Below are positions 56,486-64,000 of a DNA stretch of 64,000 nt, piece after piece. The stretch spans positions 186,263-250,262 of the forward strand of contig CAVZQR010000004.1 in assembly GCA_963777445.1 (NCBI GenBank), in the 5' to 3' direction. The notes beneath the pieces were generated by a model that did not search any database, was not told where the DNA came from, and saw nothing but the letters and a program-made list of their open reading frames with translations. The number at the start of each line of letters is the position of its first letter. The stretch's first letter is position 1. This stretch comes from Candidatus Dormiibacterota bacterium. GTDB taxonomy: Bacteria; Chloroflexota; Dormibacteria; Aeolococcales; Aeolococcaceae. A program made the translations under genes and the position numbers.

Positions 56486-57835
56486 TCAGGCCCGGGGCTG
56501 CGCGCCGCGGCGGGAGAGCACGTCGATGGTTCCAGCCGCGAGCAGGACGAGCGCCACGACGATGGCGATCCACTCGGATGTGACCCCGAGCAGGAAGAGC
56601 CCGTTGTAGATGCCGCCGATGACGAGGCCACCGAGCACGCCGTGGATGGTCTTCCCGCGGCCACCGAAGAGGCTGGTACCGCCGATGACCGCTGCCGCCA
56701 CCGCCAGGAGCACGTAACTGTTGGCCTCTTTGATGATGTTGGTGGTGATCGAGACCTGCCACGAGGCGAACAGCACGCCGGCGATGCCGGCAGTCAGGCC
56801 GCCGAGCACGAAGCCCCAGGTGCGGATGGTTGGGAGCCTGATCCCGGCTCGGCGCGCCGCCTCCGGGTTACCGCCGATCGCGTACACGTAGCGCCCGAAG
56901 CGGCTGCGCTGGAGCAGCACCGTCCAGGCGGTGAGGACAACCAGGACGATGGGAATGATGTAAGGCAGGCCCTCGATGGTCCCGAAGTGGGCCCGGTTCA
57001 CGTTGCAGAGGGCAACGACCACGATCCCCGCGGCCGCCGCGACGATGATCTTCAATGCGGTGAGGCTTGCCGGCGGCGCCACCAACCCCGAGTGGCGGCG
57101 ACGGGCGCTGCGGTACCACTCCCAGCCCGCGGCGACGACTCCGACCACGATGAGCAGGATCCAGCTCACCGCCGGGTCGAACTGTCCCCAGAAGAGGTTG
57201 TAGAGGAAGACCTCATTGCTGAAGTGGGAGTTACCGATGCCGACGAGGCTGCCGCCGAGGACGATGATCGCCACGCCCTCGAGCACCAGAAGTCCACCGA
57301 GCGTGACGATGAAAGACGGCATCTTGACCCGGGCGACCAGCGTTCCCTGGATGGCTCCGACCCCAGCGCAGATCAGGAGTGCGACCAGGATGGCCAGCCA
57401 CCACGGCCAGTTCAGACCGGCGGGCTGGACCTCCTCGGCAACGATGACCGCCCCCAGGCCCATGACCAGTCCGACCGAGAGGTCGATCTCGCCGAGCAGC
57501 AGGGCGAAGATCTCGGCCATCGCCAGCAGCATGTAGATGCTGCTCTGCTCGAAGAGATTCACGAGGTTCTGCGGCGAGAGGAACTTCCCGTTGGCAATCT
57601 GAAACGCCACAGCGACCACGACAAGGCCGAGCAGCACGGGGAGGACGCCGCTGTCGCCGTTCCGGATGCGCTGCCCCCAGGCGCGCAGATACTGACCCAG
57701 GGATTGCGCCAGGATCTCCGGGGGGAGTTCGGCGGCAGCCGACTGGCTGGCCGCTGTCAGGTCCACCATCGGCTCGGCAGCTGCGGGGTCCGATGCGGTG
57801 GCGGCGACGGTCGAATCGCTCTCTCTCCCGACCAT
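56486..57835 (-). CDS. sugar ABC transporter permease (CUT2/XylH-like), copy A
   Basis: 449 aa and polytopic, with the conserved RFGRYVYAIGGNPEAARRAGI motif. The N-terminal ~58 aa are identical to copy B and the rest is diverged. Confidence 0.9.
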   Translation of the reverse strand: MVGRESDSTVAATASDPAAAEPMVDLTAASQSAAAELPPEILAQSLGQYLRAWGQRIRNGDSGVLPVLLGLVVVAVAFQIANGKFLSPQNLVNLFEQSSIYMLLAMAEIFALLLGEIDLSVGLVMGLGAVIVAEEVQPAGLNWPWWLAILVALLICAGVGAIQGTLVARVKMPSFIVTLGGLLVLEGVAIIVLGGSLVGIGNSHFSNEVFLYNLFWGQFDPAVSWILLIVVGVVAAGWEWYRSARRRHSGLVAPPASLTALKIIVAAAAGIVVVALCNVNRAHFGTIEGLPYIIPIVLVVLTAWTVLLQRSRFGRYVYAIGGNPEAARRAGIRLPTIRTWGFVLGGLTAGIAGVLFASWQVSITTNIIKEANSYVLLAVAAAVIGGTSLFGGRGKTIHGVLGGLVIGGIYNGLFLLGVTSEWIAIVVALVLLAAGTIDVLSRRGAQPRA

Positions 57836-58684
57836 GGTTCAGACGCTCCCCCCGGCAGCAACAGCCCCCGCGGAGACGTGCGCCCGCCCTTTCAAGGTTC
57901 CGGTGGTCATGTACTCGATCACGCTCTGCCGGTCGAAGTCACCCGCCGGCCCCTCGGCCACCATCCGCCCCAGGTGGAGCACCGCGATCCGGTCCGCCAC
58001 CGCGAAGACGTCGTTGAGGTTGTGCGAGATCACCATCACCGCCAGGCCCCGGTCGCGGAGGCGGCGCACCAGATCCAGCACCATCCCGGTCTGGACCACC
58101 CCCAGGGCTGCGGTCGGCTCGTCGAGGAGGACCACCTTGGAGTTCCACATCACCGCTTTGGCAACCGCCACCGACTGGCGCTGTCCGCCCGAGAGCGAGG
58201 CCACCGGCTGGCGGATGGACCGCACCGTGGTCACCCGCAGGCTGCTCAACGTCTCCGCCGCGGCCCGCTCCATCGAGTCCTCGTCGAGCAGTCCACGCCG
58301 GAGCCGCTCCCGCCCCAGGAACATGTTCTGGACGATGTCCAGGTTGTCCGCCAGGGCCAGGTCCTGGTACACGGTCTCGATCCCCAGGCCGGCCGCGTCC
58401 CGGGTGGTGTGGATATGGACCGGCTGTCCCTCGAAGAAGATCTGACCGTGGTCGGCCTGATGCACTCCCGCGATGCAGCGCACGAGCACCGATTTCCCGG
58501 CCCCGTTGTCACCGCACAGCCCGGTCACCTGCCCCGCCGGCAGGTCCAGATTCACCTGGTACAACGCCTGCACCGGTCCGAAGTGCTTGTCGATGCCCCG
58601 CAGCTTCATCAGCGGCTCCGCCGGGGCCGTCGCCCCCACGCTCACCGCTCCTCCGGGGTCGTGATTCATCTCAGTCGCCTCAGA
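57661..58684. repeat. perfect ~1,024-bp direct repeat, copy A (ATPase gene plus 5' end of the permease gene)
   Basis: The offset to copy B is exactly 2,212 bp. All overlapping six-frame track ORFs give identical peptides, and the bases I compared by eye are identical. A further ~60 bp (57599-57660) is similar with 6 mismatches. Confidence 0.85.
57839..58669 (-). CDS. sugar ABC transporter ATP-binding protein (single NBD), copy A
   Basis: 276 aa, identical to 60051..60881. Motifs are Walker A GDNGAGKS, signature LSGGQRQ and Walker B VLLDEPTAAL. The longer track ORF (to 58732) overlaps permease B. Confidence 0.9.
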   Translation of the reverse strand: MNHDPGGAVSVGATAPAEPLMKLRGIDKHFGPVQALYQVNLDLPAGQVTGLCGDNGAGKSVLVRCIAGVHQADHGQIFFEGQPVHIHTTRDAAGLGIETVYQDLALADNLDIVQNMFLGRERLRRGLLDEDSMERAAAETLSSLRVTTVRSIRQPVASLSGGQRQSVAVAKAVMWNSKVVLLDEPTAALGVVQTGMVLDLVRRLRDRGLAVMVISHNLNDVFAVADRIAVLHLGRMVAEGPAGDFDRQSVIEYMTTGTLKGRAHVSAGAVAAGGSV

Positions 58685-60047
58685 CACGGGCCACGCTCCC
58701 CGTCCGTGCTCCGCGTCGCGAGAGGACGTCAACGAGCACGGCGATCAGGAGCACGCTCCCCGGGAGGATGTACGACAGCGGGGTGGAGAGCGTGCCCAGG
58801 GACAGCAGCGAAACGCCGTAGGCGATGCCGCCGATCAGGAGACCGCCGAGGAGGGCGTGGATCGGCTTGCCCCGGCCGCCAAACAGGCTCGTACCGCCGA
58901 TGACGGCGGCGGCTACGGAGTACAGGATCAACTGGCCGGGATCGGCGACGTTGCTGCTGTACTGCCCGTAGAAGAAGGATCCGAGGAGGATCCCGGCGAA
59001 CCCGGCGGTGGCCGAGCAGAGAGCGAACGAAGCAGTACGCACGAGGGCGAGGTTCACGCCGGCGCGACGTGCCGCCTCGGGATTGCCGCCGATGGCGTAG
59101 ACGTAGCGCCCGAAACGAGTGCGCTGGAGGAGCAGCGTCCAGAGGCCAACGATAGCCAGGACGATCGGAACCACCTCCGGAACGCCGGGGGGGAGGTTGA
59201 CGCCGCAGATCGCGACGCCGGCGACGCCGAGCGCCACGAGAAAGGCGATGCGAATCGCGATGAGGCTGGCCGGCGGCGCGACCAGACCGCTCCGTCGCCG
59301 CTGGGCGCCCCGGATCCAGAGCGCTGTCCCGCTGATCAGGACCAGCACCGCCAGTGCCACCCAGCCGGCAAGGGGATCGATCACGCCCTGGACCAGGTTG
59401 AAGATCACGCTCTGGTTGGGGACCTGTGAGCTGACCGTGAGGGTGCCGTCGGCGCCGCCCAGGATGAGGATGATGATTCCCTGGAAGAGCAGGAAGCCGG
59501 CCAGGGTGACGACGAACGATGGGATCCTGACCCTCGACACGAGCGTGCCCTGGATGGCGCCGATGAACCCGCAACAGACGAGCGCGGTCAGGATCGCAGC
59601 CCACCAGGGCCAGTTGGGTCCCGGGTTCACCTGCACCAGCTTGAAAGCGATGGTCCCTCCCAGGAGCGCCACTGAGCCGATGGAGAGGTCGATCTCCCCA
59701 AGCAGGAGGACCACGATCTCGGCCGTGGCCAGCACCACATACACCGTGCTCAAATCGAAGATGTAGACGAGGTTGCTCGCCCGCAGATACGAGTTCTCCG
59801 GGCTGATGGCCTGAAACGCCACAGCGACGACGACGATGCCGAGCAGCACCGGGAGGACGCCGCTGTCGCCGCTCCGGATGCGCTGCCCCCAGGCGCGCAG
59901 ATACTGACCCAGGGATTGCGCCAGGATCTCCGGGGGGAGTTCGGCGGCAGCCGACTGGCTGGCCGCTGTCAGGTCCACCATCGGCTCGGCAGCTGCGGGG
60001 TCCGATGCGGTGGCGGCGACGGTCGAATCGCTCTCTCTCCCGACCAT
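58680..60047 (-). CDS. sugar ABC transporter permease (CUT2/XylH-like), copy B
   Basis: 455 aa with the same motif RFGRYVYAIGGNPEAARRAGV. By eye it is roughly half identical to copy A outside the shared N-terminus. Confidence 0.9.
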   Translation of the reverse strand: MVGRESDSTVAATASDPAAAEPMVDLTAASQSAAAELPPEILAQSLGQYLRAWGQRIRSGDSGVLPVLLGIVVVAVAFQAISPENSYLRASNLVYIFDLSTVYVVLATAEIVVLLLGEIDLSIGSVALLGGTIAFKLVQVNPGPNWPWWAAILTALVCCGFIGAIQGTLVSRVRIPSFVVTLAGFLLFQGIIILILGGADGTLTVSSQVPNQSVIFNLVQGVIDPLAGWVALAVLVLISGTALWIRGAQRRRSGLVAPPASLIAIRIAFLVALGVAGVAICGVNLPPGVPEVVPIVLAIVGLWTLLLQRTRFGRYVYAIGGNPEAARRAGVNLALVRTASFALCSATAGFAGILLGSFFYGQYSSNVADPGQLILYSVAAAVIGGTSLFGGRGKPIHALLGGLLIGGIAYGVSLLSLGTLSTPLSYILPGSVLLIAVLVDVLSRRGARTGSVARV

Positions 60048-60896
60048 GGTTCAGACGCTCCCCCCGGCAGCAACAGCCCCCGCGGAGACGTGCGCCCGCC
60101 CTTTCAAGGTTCCGGTGGTCATGTACTCGATCACGCTCTGCCGGTCGAAGTCACCCGCCGGCCCCTCGGCCACCATCCGCCCCAGGTGGAGCACCGCGAT
60201 CCGGTCCGCCACCGCGAAGACGTCGTTGAGGTTGTGCGAGATCACCATCACCGCCAGGCCCCGGTCGCGGAGGCGGCGCACCAGATCCAGCACCATCCCG
60301 GTCTGGACCACCCCCAGGGCTGCGGTCGGCTCGTCGAGGAGGACCACCTTGGAGTTCCACATCACCGCTTTGGCAACCGCCACCGACTGGCGCTGTCCGC
60401 CCGAGAGCGAGGCCACCGGCTGGCGGATGGACCGCACCGTGGTCACCCGCAGGCTGCTCAACGTCTCCGCCGCGGCCCGCTCCATCGAGTCCTCGTCGAG
60501 CAGTCCACGCCGGAGCCGCTCCCGCCCCAGGAACATGTTCTGGACGATGTCCAGGTTGTCCGCCAGGGCCAGGTCCTGGTACACGGTCTCGATCCCCAGG
60601 CCGGCCGCGTCCCGGGTGGTGTGGATATGGACCGGCTGTCCCTCGAAGAAGATCTGACCGTGGTCGGCCTGATGCACTCCCGCGATGCAGCGCACGAGCA
60701 CCGATTTCCCGGCCCCGTTGTCACCGCACAGCCCGGTCACCTGCCCCGCCGGCAGGTCCAGATTCACCTGGTACAACGCCTGCACCGGTCCGAAGTGCTT
60801 GTCGATGCCCCGCAGCTTCATCAGCGGCTCCGCCGGGGCCGTCGCCCCCACGCTCACCGCTCCTCCGGGGTCGTGATTCATCTCAGTCGCCTCAGA
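59873..60896. repeat. perfect ~1,024-bp direct repeat, copy B
   Basis: See copy A (57661..58684). Confidence 0.85.
60051..60881 (-). CDS. sugar ABC transporter ATP-binding protein (single NBD), copy B
   Basis: 276 aa, identical in sequence to 57839..58669. Confidence 0.9.
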   Translation of the reverse strand: MNHDPGGAVSVGATAPAEPLMKLRGIDKHFGPVQALYQVNLDLPAGQVTGLCGDNGAGKSVLVRCIAGVHQADHGQIFFEGQPVHIHTTRDAAGLGIETVYQDLALADNLDIVQNMFLGRERLRRGLLDEDSMERAAAETLSSLRVTTVRSIRQPVASLSGGQRQSVAVAKAVMWNSKVVLLDEPTAALGVVQTGMVLDLVRRLRDRGLAVMVISHNLNDVFAVADRIAVLHLGRMVAEGPAGDFDRQSVIEYMTTGTLKGRAHVSAGAVAAGGSV

Positions 60897-61095
60897 TCAA
60901 TGAGTCGCCGATGGTAATTACATCAGTCACGGTCCGACCGCATCGCCCCTGGCATGCACATCGCCACGGACTGCGCCATCCGACTTCGGGTGCACGCTGT
61001 CCGCCTGGAAATCGGGGCAAGCCGGGCCGCCCCGAGGGGCGACCCGGCTGCTCCACTGAGGAGGCGTCCACCCGAGACGCTTCCGGCTTAGACGA

Positions 61096-62388
61096 TTACG
61101 AGATTCCGGCCGACGTGCAGAGGCTCGCACCGGCGATGGCGCAAATGGCCGACGCGGGGTCGAAGCCGTCCTTGACGACCGTTGCCTCCATGTTGGTCGC
61201 GTCAACCCACGTCGCCGTCAAGAGCGACGCCGGCTCGCTGACGCTGGAGTTCGCCGGGTTCACCGTGGTGCCGTTGAGCAGCGCGGCGGGAATCGAGTTG
61301 CCGGAGAGGAGGATGGTGGCCATGGCGACCGCATCCTGGGCCTCCTTGTAGACCGGCTTGTAGACGGAACCGCACTGGTATCCCTCGAGGACCCACGCCA
61401 TGCCCTGGGCGGTCGCGTCCTGCCCGGTCACCGGGATCTTCTTCGCTGGCACGCCGGCCGCCTTGAGGACGTTGATCACCGCGTTGCCGAGGCCGTCGTT
61501 GGCTTCGATCGTCGCGTTAATCGACGGATGGGAGGTGAACTCCTGCTGGAAGATCGTGCCGCCCTGCGTGTTCGACCAGCCGGGTGCGAAGTTCTCACCC
61601 ACGAGGGTCATTCCCTGGCTGTTGGTGGCACCGGCGGCAACCGTCTTCGCCGCCTGGCTCCAGACGACCTTGTTGTACCCGGTGGCGAACGAGATCGCGT
61701 TCGGGTCGGTGTCCTCTCCGCCGTTCAGGACGAAGACCTGCGGGCTCTTGACGCCCCACGAGGAGACGCAGGACAGGAAGCCGTTGCCGATCGCCTCACC
61801 GACGGCTTCGTTGTTGAAGCTGACGTAGTAGGTCTTGGAGCCCTGGAATGTCGCGCGGTCGTAGCTCACGAGCGTGACACCCTTGGACTCGGCGGCCTGG
61901 GCGATTGCCACTCCAGTTGGCCCGTCGAGCGGGCACATGATCAGGACCTTCGCGCCGAGGTTGATGTCGGCCGTGGCCAGCGCGAGCTCGGTCGCGTCGC
62001 TGCCCTGAGCGTTGTCGATGCGGAACTGGCTCTGGTTGAACCCGGCGTCCGCAAGGGCGGCGGTCAGGTATGGCTGATCGAAGTTGACCCAGCGTGTCGA
62101 CGACGTGGTGTCGGGGAGGATCACGCCGATGAGCAGGGAGTTCACGCCCTTGGTCGCGTAGGCGGTCAGCGGCTTGAGGAGACCCATGGTCGCCCCGATG
62201 TCGGTCGTGAAGGCGCTGACGGTGATACCCGCAGGCACACCCGGGTTTGTCGCCGTCCCCGAGCTCGCCGGGGTCGAACTGCTTCCGCAGGCCGCAACGA
62301 CGAGCGCGCCCGCACCCACGAGGGTGAGCCGGCTCGCCTTCGACAGATCACGGAGCCCCCGGCCCCTGATTCCATCTTGCAAGTGCAT
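61096..62388 (-). CDS. sugar ABC transporter substrate-binding lipoprotein (periplasmic-binding-protein type I fold)
   Basis: ATG 62388 follows a GGAGGG RBS. It has a lipobox (LVVAAC), then IGVILPDTTSSTRW and GKVLIMCPLDG, typical of CUT2 binding proteins. The track ORF extends spuriously to 62802. Confidence 0.85.
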   Translation of the reverse strand: MHLQDGIRGRGLRDLSKASRLTLVGAGALVVAACGSSSTPASSGTATNPGVPAGITVSAFTTDIGATMGLLKPLTAYATKGVNSLLIGVILPDTTSSTRWVNFDQPYLTAALADAGFNQSQFRIDNAQGSDATELALATADINLGAKVLIMCPLDGPTGVAIAQAAESKGVTLVSYDRATFQGSKTYYVSFNNEAVGEAIGNGFLSCVSSWGVKSPQVFVLNGGEDTDPNAISFATGYNKVVWSQAAKTVAAGATNSQGMTLVGENFAPGWSNTQGGTIFQQEFTSHPSINATIEANDGLGNAVINVLKAAGVPAKKIPVTGQDATAQGMAWVLEGYQCGSVYKPVYKEAQDAVAMATILLSGNSIPAALLNGTTVNPANSSVSEPASLLTATWVDATNMEATVVKDGFDPASAICAIAGASLCTSAGIS

Positions 62389-62523
62389 GAGACCTTTGCC
62401 CTCCAAAGCGAACCCACCATATGCGACGCTCCCGCTCCACCAGCGACGAGCGCCGCAACCAAACCTCCTTGAGGCAGCGTCCGGATGGTTCGTCAATCGG
62501 GGAGGGTTTGTCAACTCCTCGAA

Positions 62524-62553
62524 CGAAAAATCACCCCATCGGGTGAATTTTCG
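62524..62553. promoter_or_regulatory. near-perfect palindrome CGAAAAATCACCC-CATC-GGGTGAATTTTCG upstream of the binding-protein gene (candidate operator)
   Basis: 13-bp arms with 1 mismatch, about 135 nt upstream of the SBP start, in the divergent intergenic region. Confidence 0.35.
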
Positions 62554-62678
62554 TGCTCCTCGCCCGACCACGGCGATCTGCGAGGCCGCTCGCTCCGCCT
62601 GGCCTTGCTCGCTGCGGTGGGCGGCGAGCACGATCGGGTTACCGACGCGGCAGGGCGATCGTGTCAGAGTCGACATCC

Positions 62679-63110
62679 ATGGACAGCGACGGATACGGCT
62701 ACACGTCCGGAGATCGCGGGACGGCCCGCCTTCTCGACGACATGCGCACCCTCTCGCCCGCGGCCATCGAGCGGATCGCGCACGGGTGGGAGCTGCACGC
62801 ACTTTCGCACCTCGACAGGTTCCACGATGCGGAGGCGGCGGCGCTGCGTGCCATCGAGAACGCTCACCTCACCACCGACTGGGAGGAGCTCCAGCGTCGG
62901 ATCCTCGATCTCACCGAGGGACGCACGTCGCTGGTGTCGTGGAAGGTCGAACACGGCGAGAAGGGCCATCACGGTGAGTCCGCCGCGCTCGGCGCGGCGC
63001 TCGCGTTGCATGCGGAGGGACACCTCGACCGCGCGCAGACCGAGACTTTGGTGCGCCCAATGGCTGAGGCGCTTCCGTGGCTGCTGACCATCCCGGGCGC
63101 CGCATCGTAG
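62679..63110 (+). CDS. hypothetical protein
   Basis: ATG 62679 (MDSDGYGYTSGDRG...). 143 aa, predicted helical, with no family recognised. Confidence 0.4.
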   Translation: MDSDGYGYTSGDRGTARLLDDMRTLSPAAIERIAHGWELHALSHLDRFHDAEAAALRAIENAHLTTDWEELQRRILDLTEGRTSLVSWKVEHGEKGHHGESAALGAALALHAEGHLDRAQTETLVRPMAEALPWLLTIPGAAS

Positions 63111-63151
63111 CCGGACCGCCCTGAGACCGTCGCGGTTCGCGACGGAGCGGA

Positions 63152-64000
63152 CTACTCGCTGACCAGTTGGTAGTCGGGATTGAGAATGGCCAGCCGGCGT
63201 TGCCACGATCCCACCATCCCCTCCACGATCAGACGGGCTCCCGGCTCGATGCCGGGGATCTTCGGACGCCCCTGAAAGACGAGCAGCAGGATGCCCGTAT
63301 CGTCGGTGATCTCGCACTCGAGGTTGGCCGTGCCCTTCGCGGTCTGCACGCGTAACGACCGGATGCGTCCCGCGACACGCACGCGGGTACGCCAGGTCAC
63401 GTCACTGATCGGGATGGTTCCGGTAGCGCGCCGTGCCAGCTCTCGATCCACTCCGCTGCCCCGCGCCGGCTTGCGCCGAGCCGCATCGGGGCGGATCGCG
63501 TGCGGCCGGAATCGGCGCCGACGCGCAGCTTCGAGGTTGAACGGGACGATGGTCGCTGCGACATGCGCGACACCGCCGACCGCATCCGCGATGCGATCCG
63601 CCGTGCGGTCGTGGAGCACGCGCGCGAGGCGTGAGTGAAACGCGCGACGCGGGAGCAGCACCGTGCATTCGGTCTTGCCGTCGGCCACGATGTCGGCGAC
63701 GTATTCGAGCGCTGCTCGCTCGAGGCGACGGTCGCGGCATTCCAGGATGTCGAGTGGAAGGTGGGCCAGACCCAGCCTGCTCCATTCCTCGTTGAGCTGC
63801 TCGGTTGCTGCCGCATCGATGTTGAAATGCACGGCGCGCAGCTCATCCGGACGCAGGGTGCGCGCGTACTGCACCGCTCGCGCGGCGGCCATGTCGAGCT
63901 GTCCGACGAGGACGAGCACCACGTGCCGTTGCAGCACCGGCGCTTCGGCTGCGGCGACGGCGCCGGTCTCGAGCTGCTTCTCCTCGGCGACGTACTGGCG
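63152..64000 (-). CDS. 3'-partial view of a larger gene: APC-permease-type C-terminal cytoplasmic region fused in frame to an OB-fold domain
   Basis: The frame stays open to the window edge (..RQYVAEEKQLETGA.. upstream of the listed Met). The first part resembles the C-terminal domain of ~650-aa actinobacterial APC permeases. The last ~100 aa (ISDVTWRTRVRVAGRIRSL...LIVEGMVG) look like an OB-fold protein that is usually a separate gene. Confidence 0.5.
   Translation of the reverse strand, partial: RQYVAEEKQLETGAVAAAEAPVLQRHVVLVLVGQLDMAAARAVQYARTLRPDELRAVHFNIDAAATEQLNEEWSRLGLAHLPLDILECRDRRLERAALEYVADIVADGKTECTVLLPRRAFHSRLARVLHDRTADRIADAVGGVAHVAATIVPFNLEAARRRRFRPHAIRPDAARRKPARGSGVDRELARRATGTIPISDVTWRTRVRVAGRIRSLRVQTAKGTANLECEITDDTGILLLVFQGRPKIPGIEPGARLIVEGMVGSWQRRLAILNPDYQLVSE

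Noticed and set aside
57839-58732. 297-aa version of ATPase copy A (track ORF start at 58732)
   Set aside because: The extra 21 codons overlap the 3' end of permease B and are absent from the identical copy B. The start at 58669 is used for both copies.
56117-58903. 928-aa ORF on the plus strand, and its partial twin 59916..60917
   Set aside because: It is antisense to the ROK regulator, permease and ATPase genes. It is low-complexity, Arg/Asp/His-rich and without motifs. It is duplicated only because the underlying repeat is duplicated.

Overview
High-GC, Actinomycetota-like chromosomal segment with about 65 protein genes and 2 tRNAs. Left to right: (1) 1.3-9.2 kb, a polyamine/GABA-type catabolic cluster: two class-III aminotransferases, a PatD-like aldehyde dehydrogenase, an APC permease, a PuuB-like FAD oxidase and a MerR+XRE+cupin regulator. 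(2) 11.5-22.0 kb, a 10.5-kb phage-like island inserted in tRNA-Leu(UAA) and bounded by 60-bp direct repeats. It carries int, an XRE repressor, xis, a RepA-like ATPase with an iteron array, RusA, a head-morphogenesis domain, an HK97-type protease, terS-like and terL genes. It has no recognisable portal, capsid or tail genes, and its packaging genes are frameshifted. (3) A small islet between tRNA-Leu and tRNA-Cys. (4) An epimerase plus ECF41/SigJ-type sigma operon with a matching promoter motif. (5) A minus-strand block: LuxR response regulator, RarA, SPFH/NfeD, DUF1501/DUF1800. (6) An SCP2/DUF971/enoyl-CoA hydratase/GlcD-like/ThDP-enzyme/DUF1684 cluster. (7) A gamma-glutamylation cluster: RpiR, APC permease, PuuD-like hydrolase, GS-like ligase, ALDH and SDR. 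(8) A type III PKS + ICMT-methyltransferase + flavoprotein (srs-like) phenolic-lipid cluster. (9) A DedA-RDD-ArsR fusion protein and a membrane HD-GYP protein with a C-terminal PKD domain. (10) A xylose locus (xylA, xylB, ROK regulator) whose ABC transporter has its ATPase+permease module duplicated, including a perfect ~1.0-kb repeat. At least six non-phage genes also carry single-base frameshifts, which points to sequence error or pseudogenisation. No CRISPR array, rRNA or IS/transposase was seen. All family assignments rest on motif recognition by eye, with no database search.
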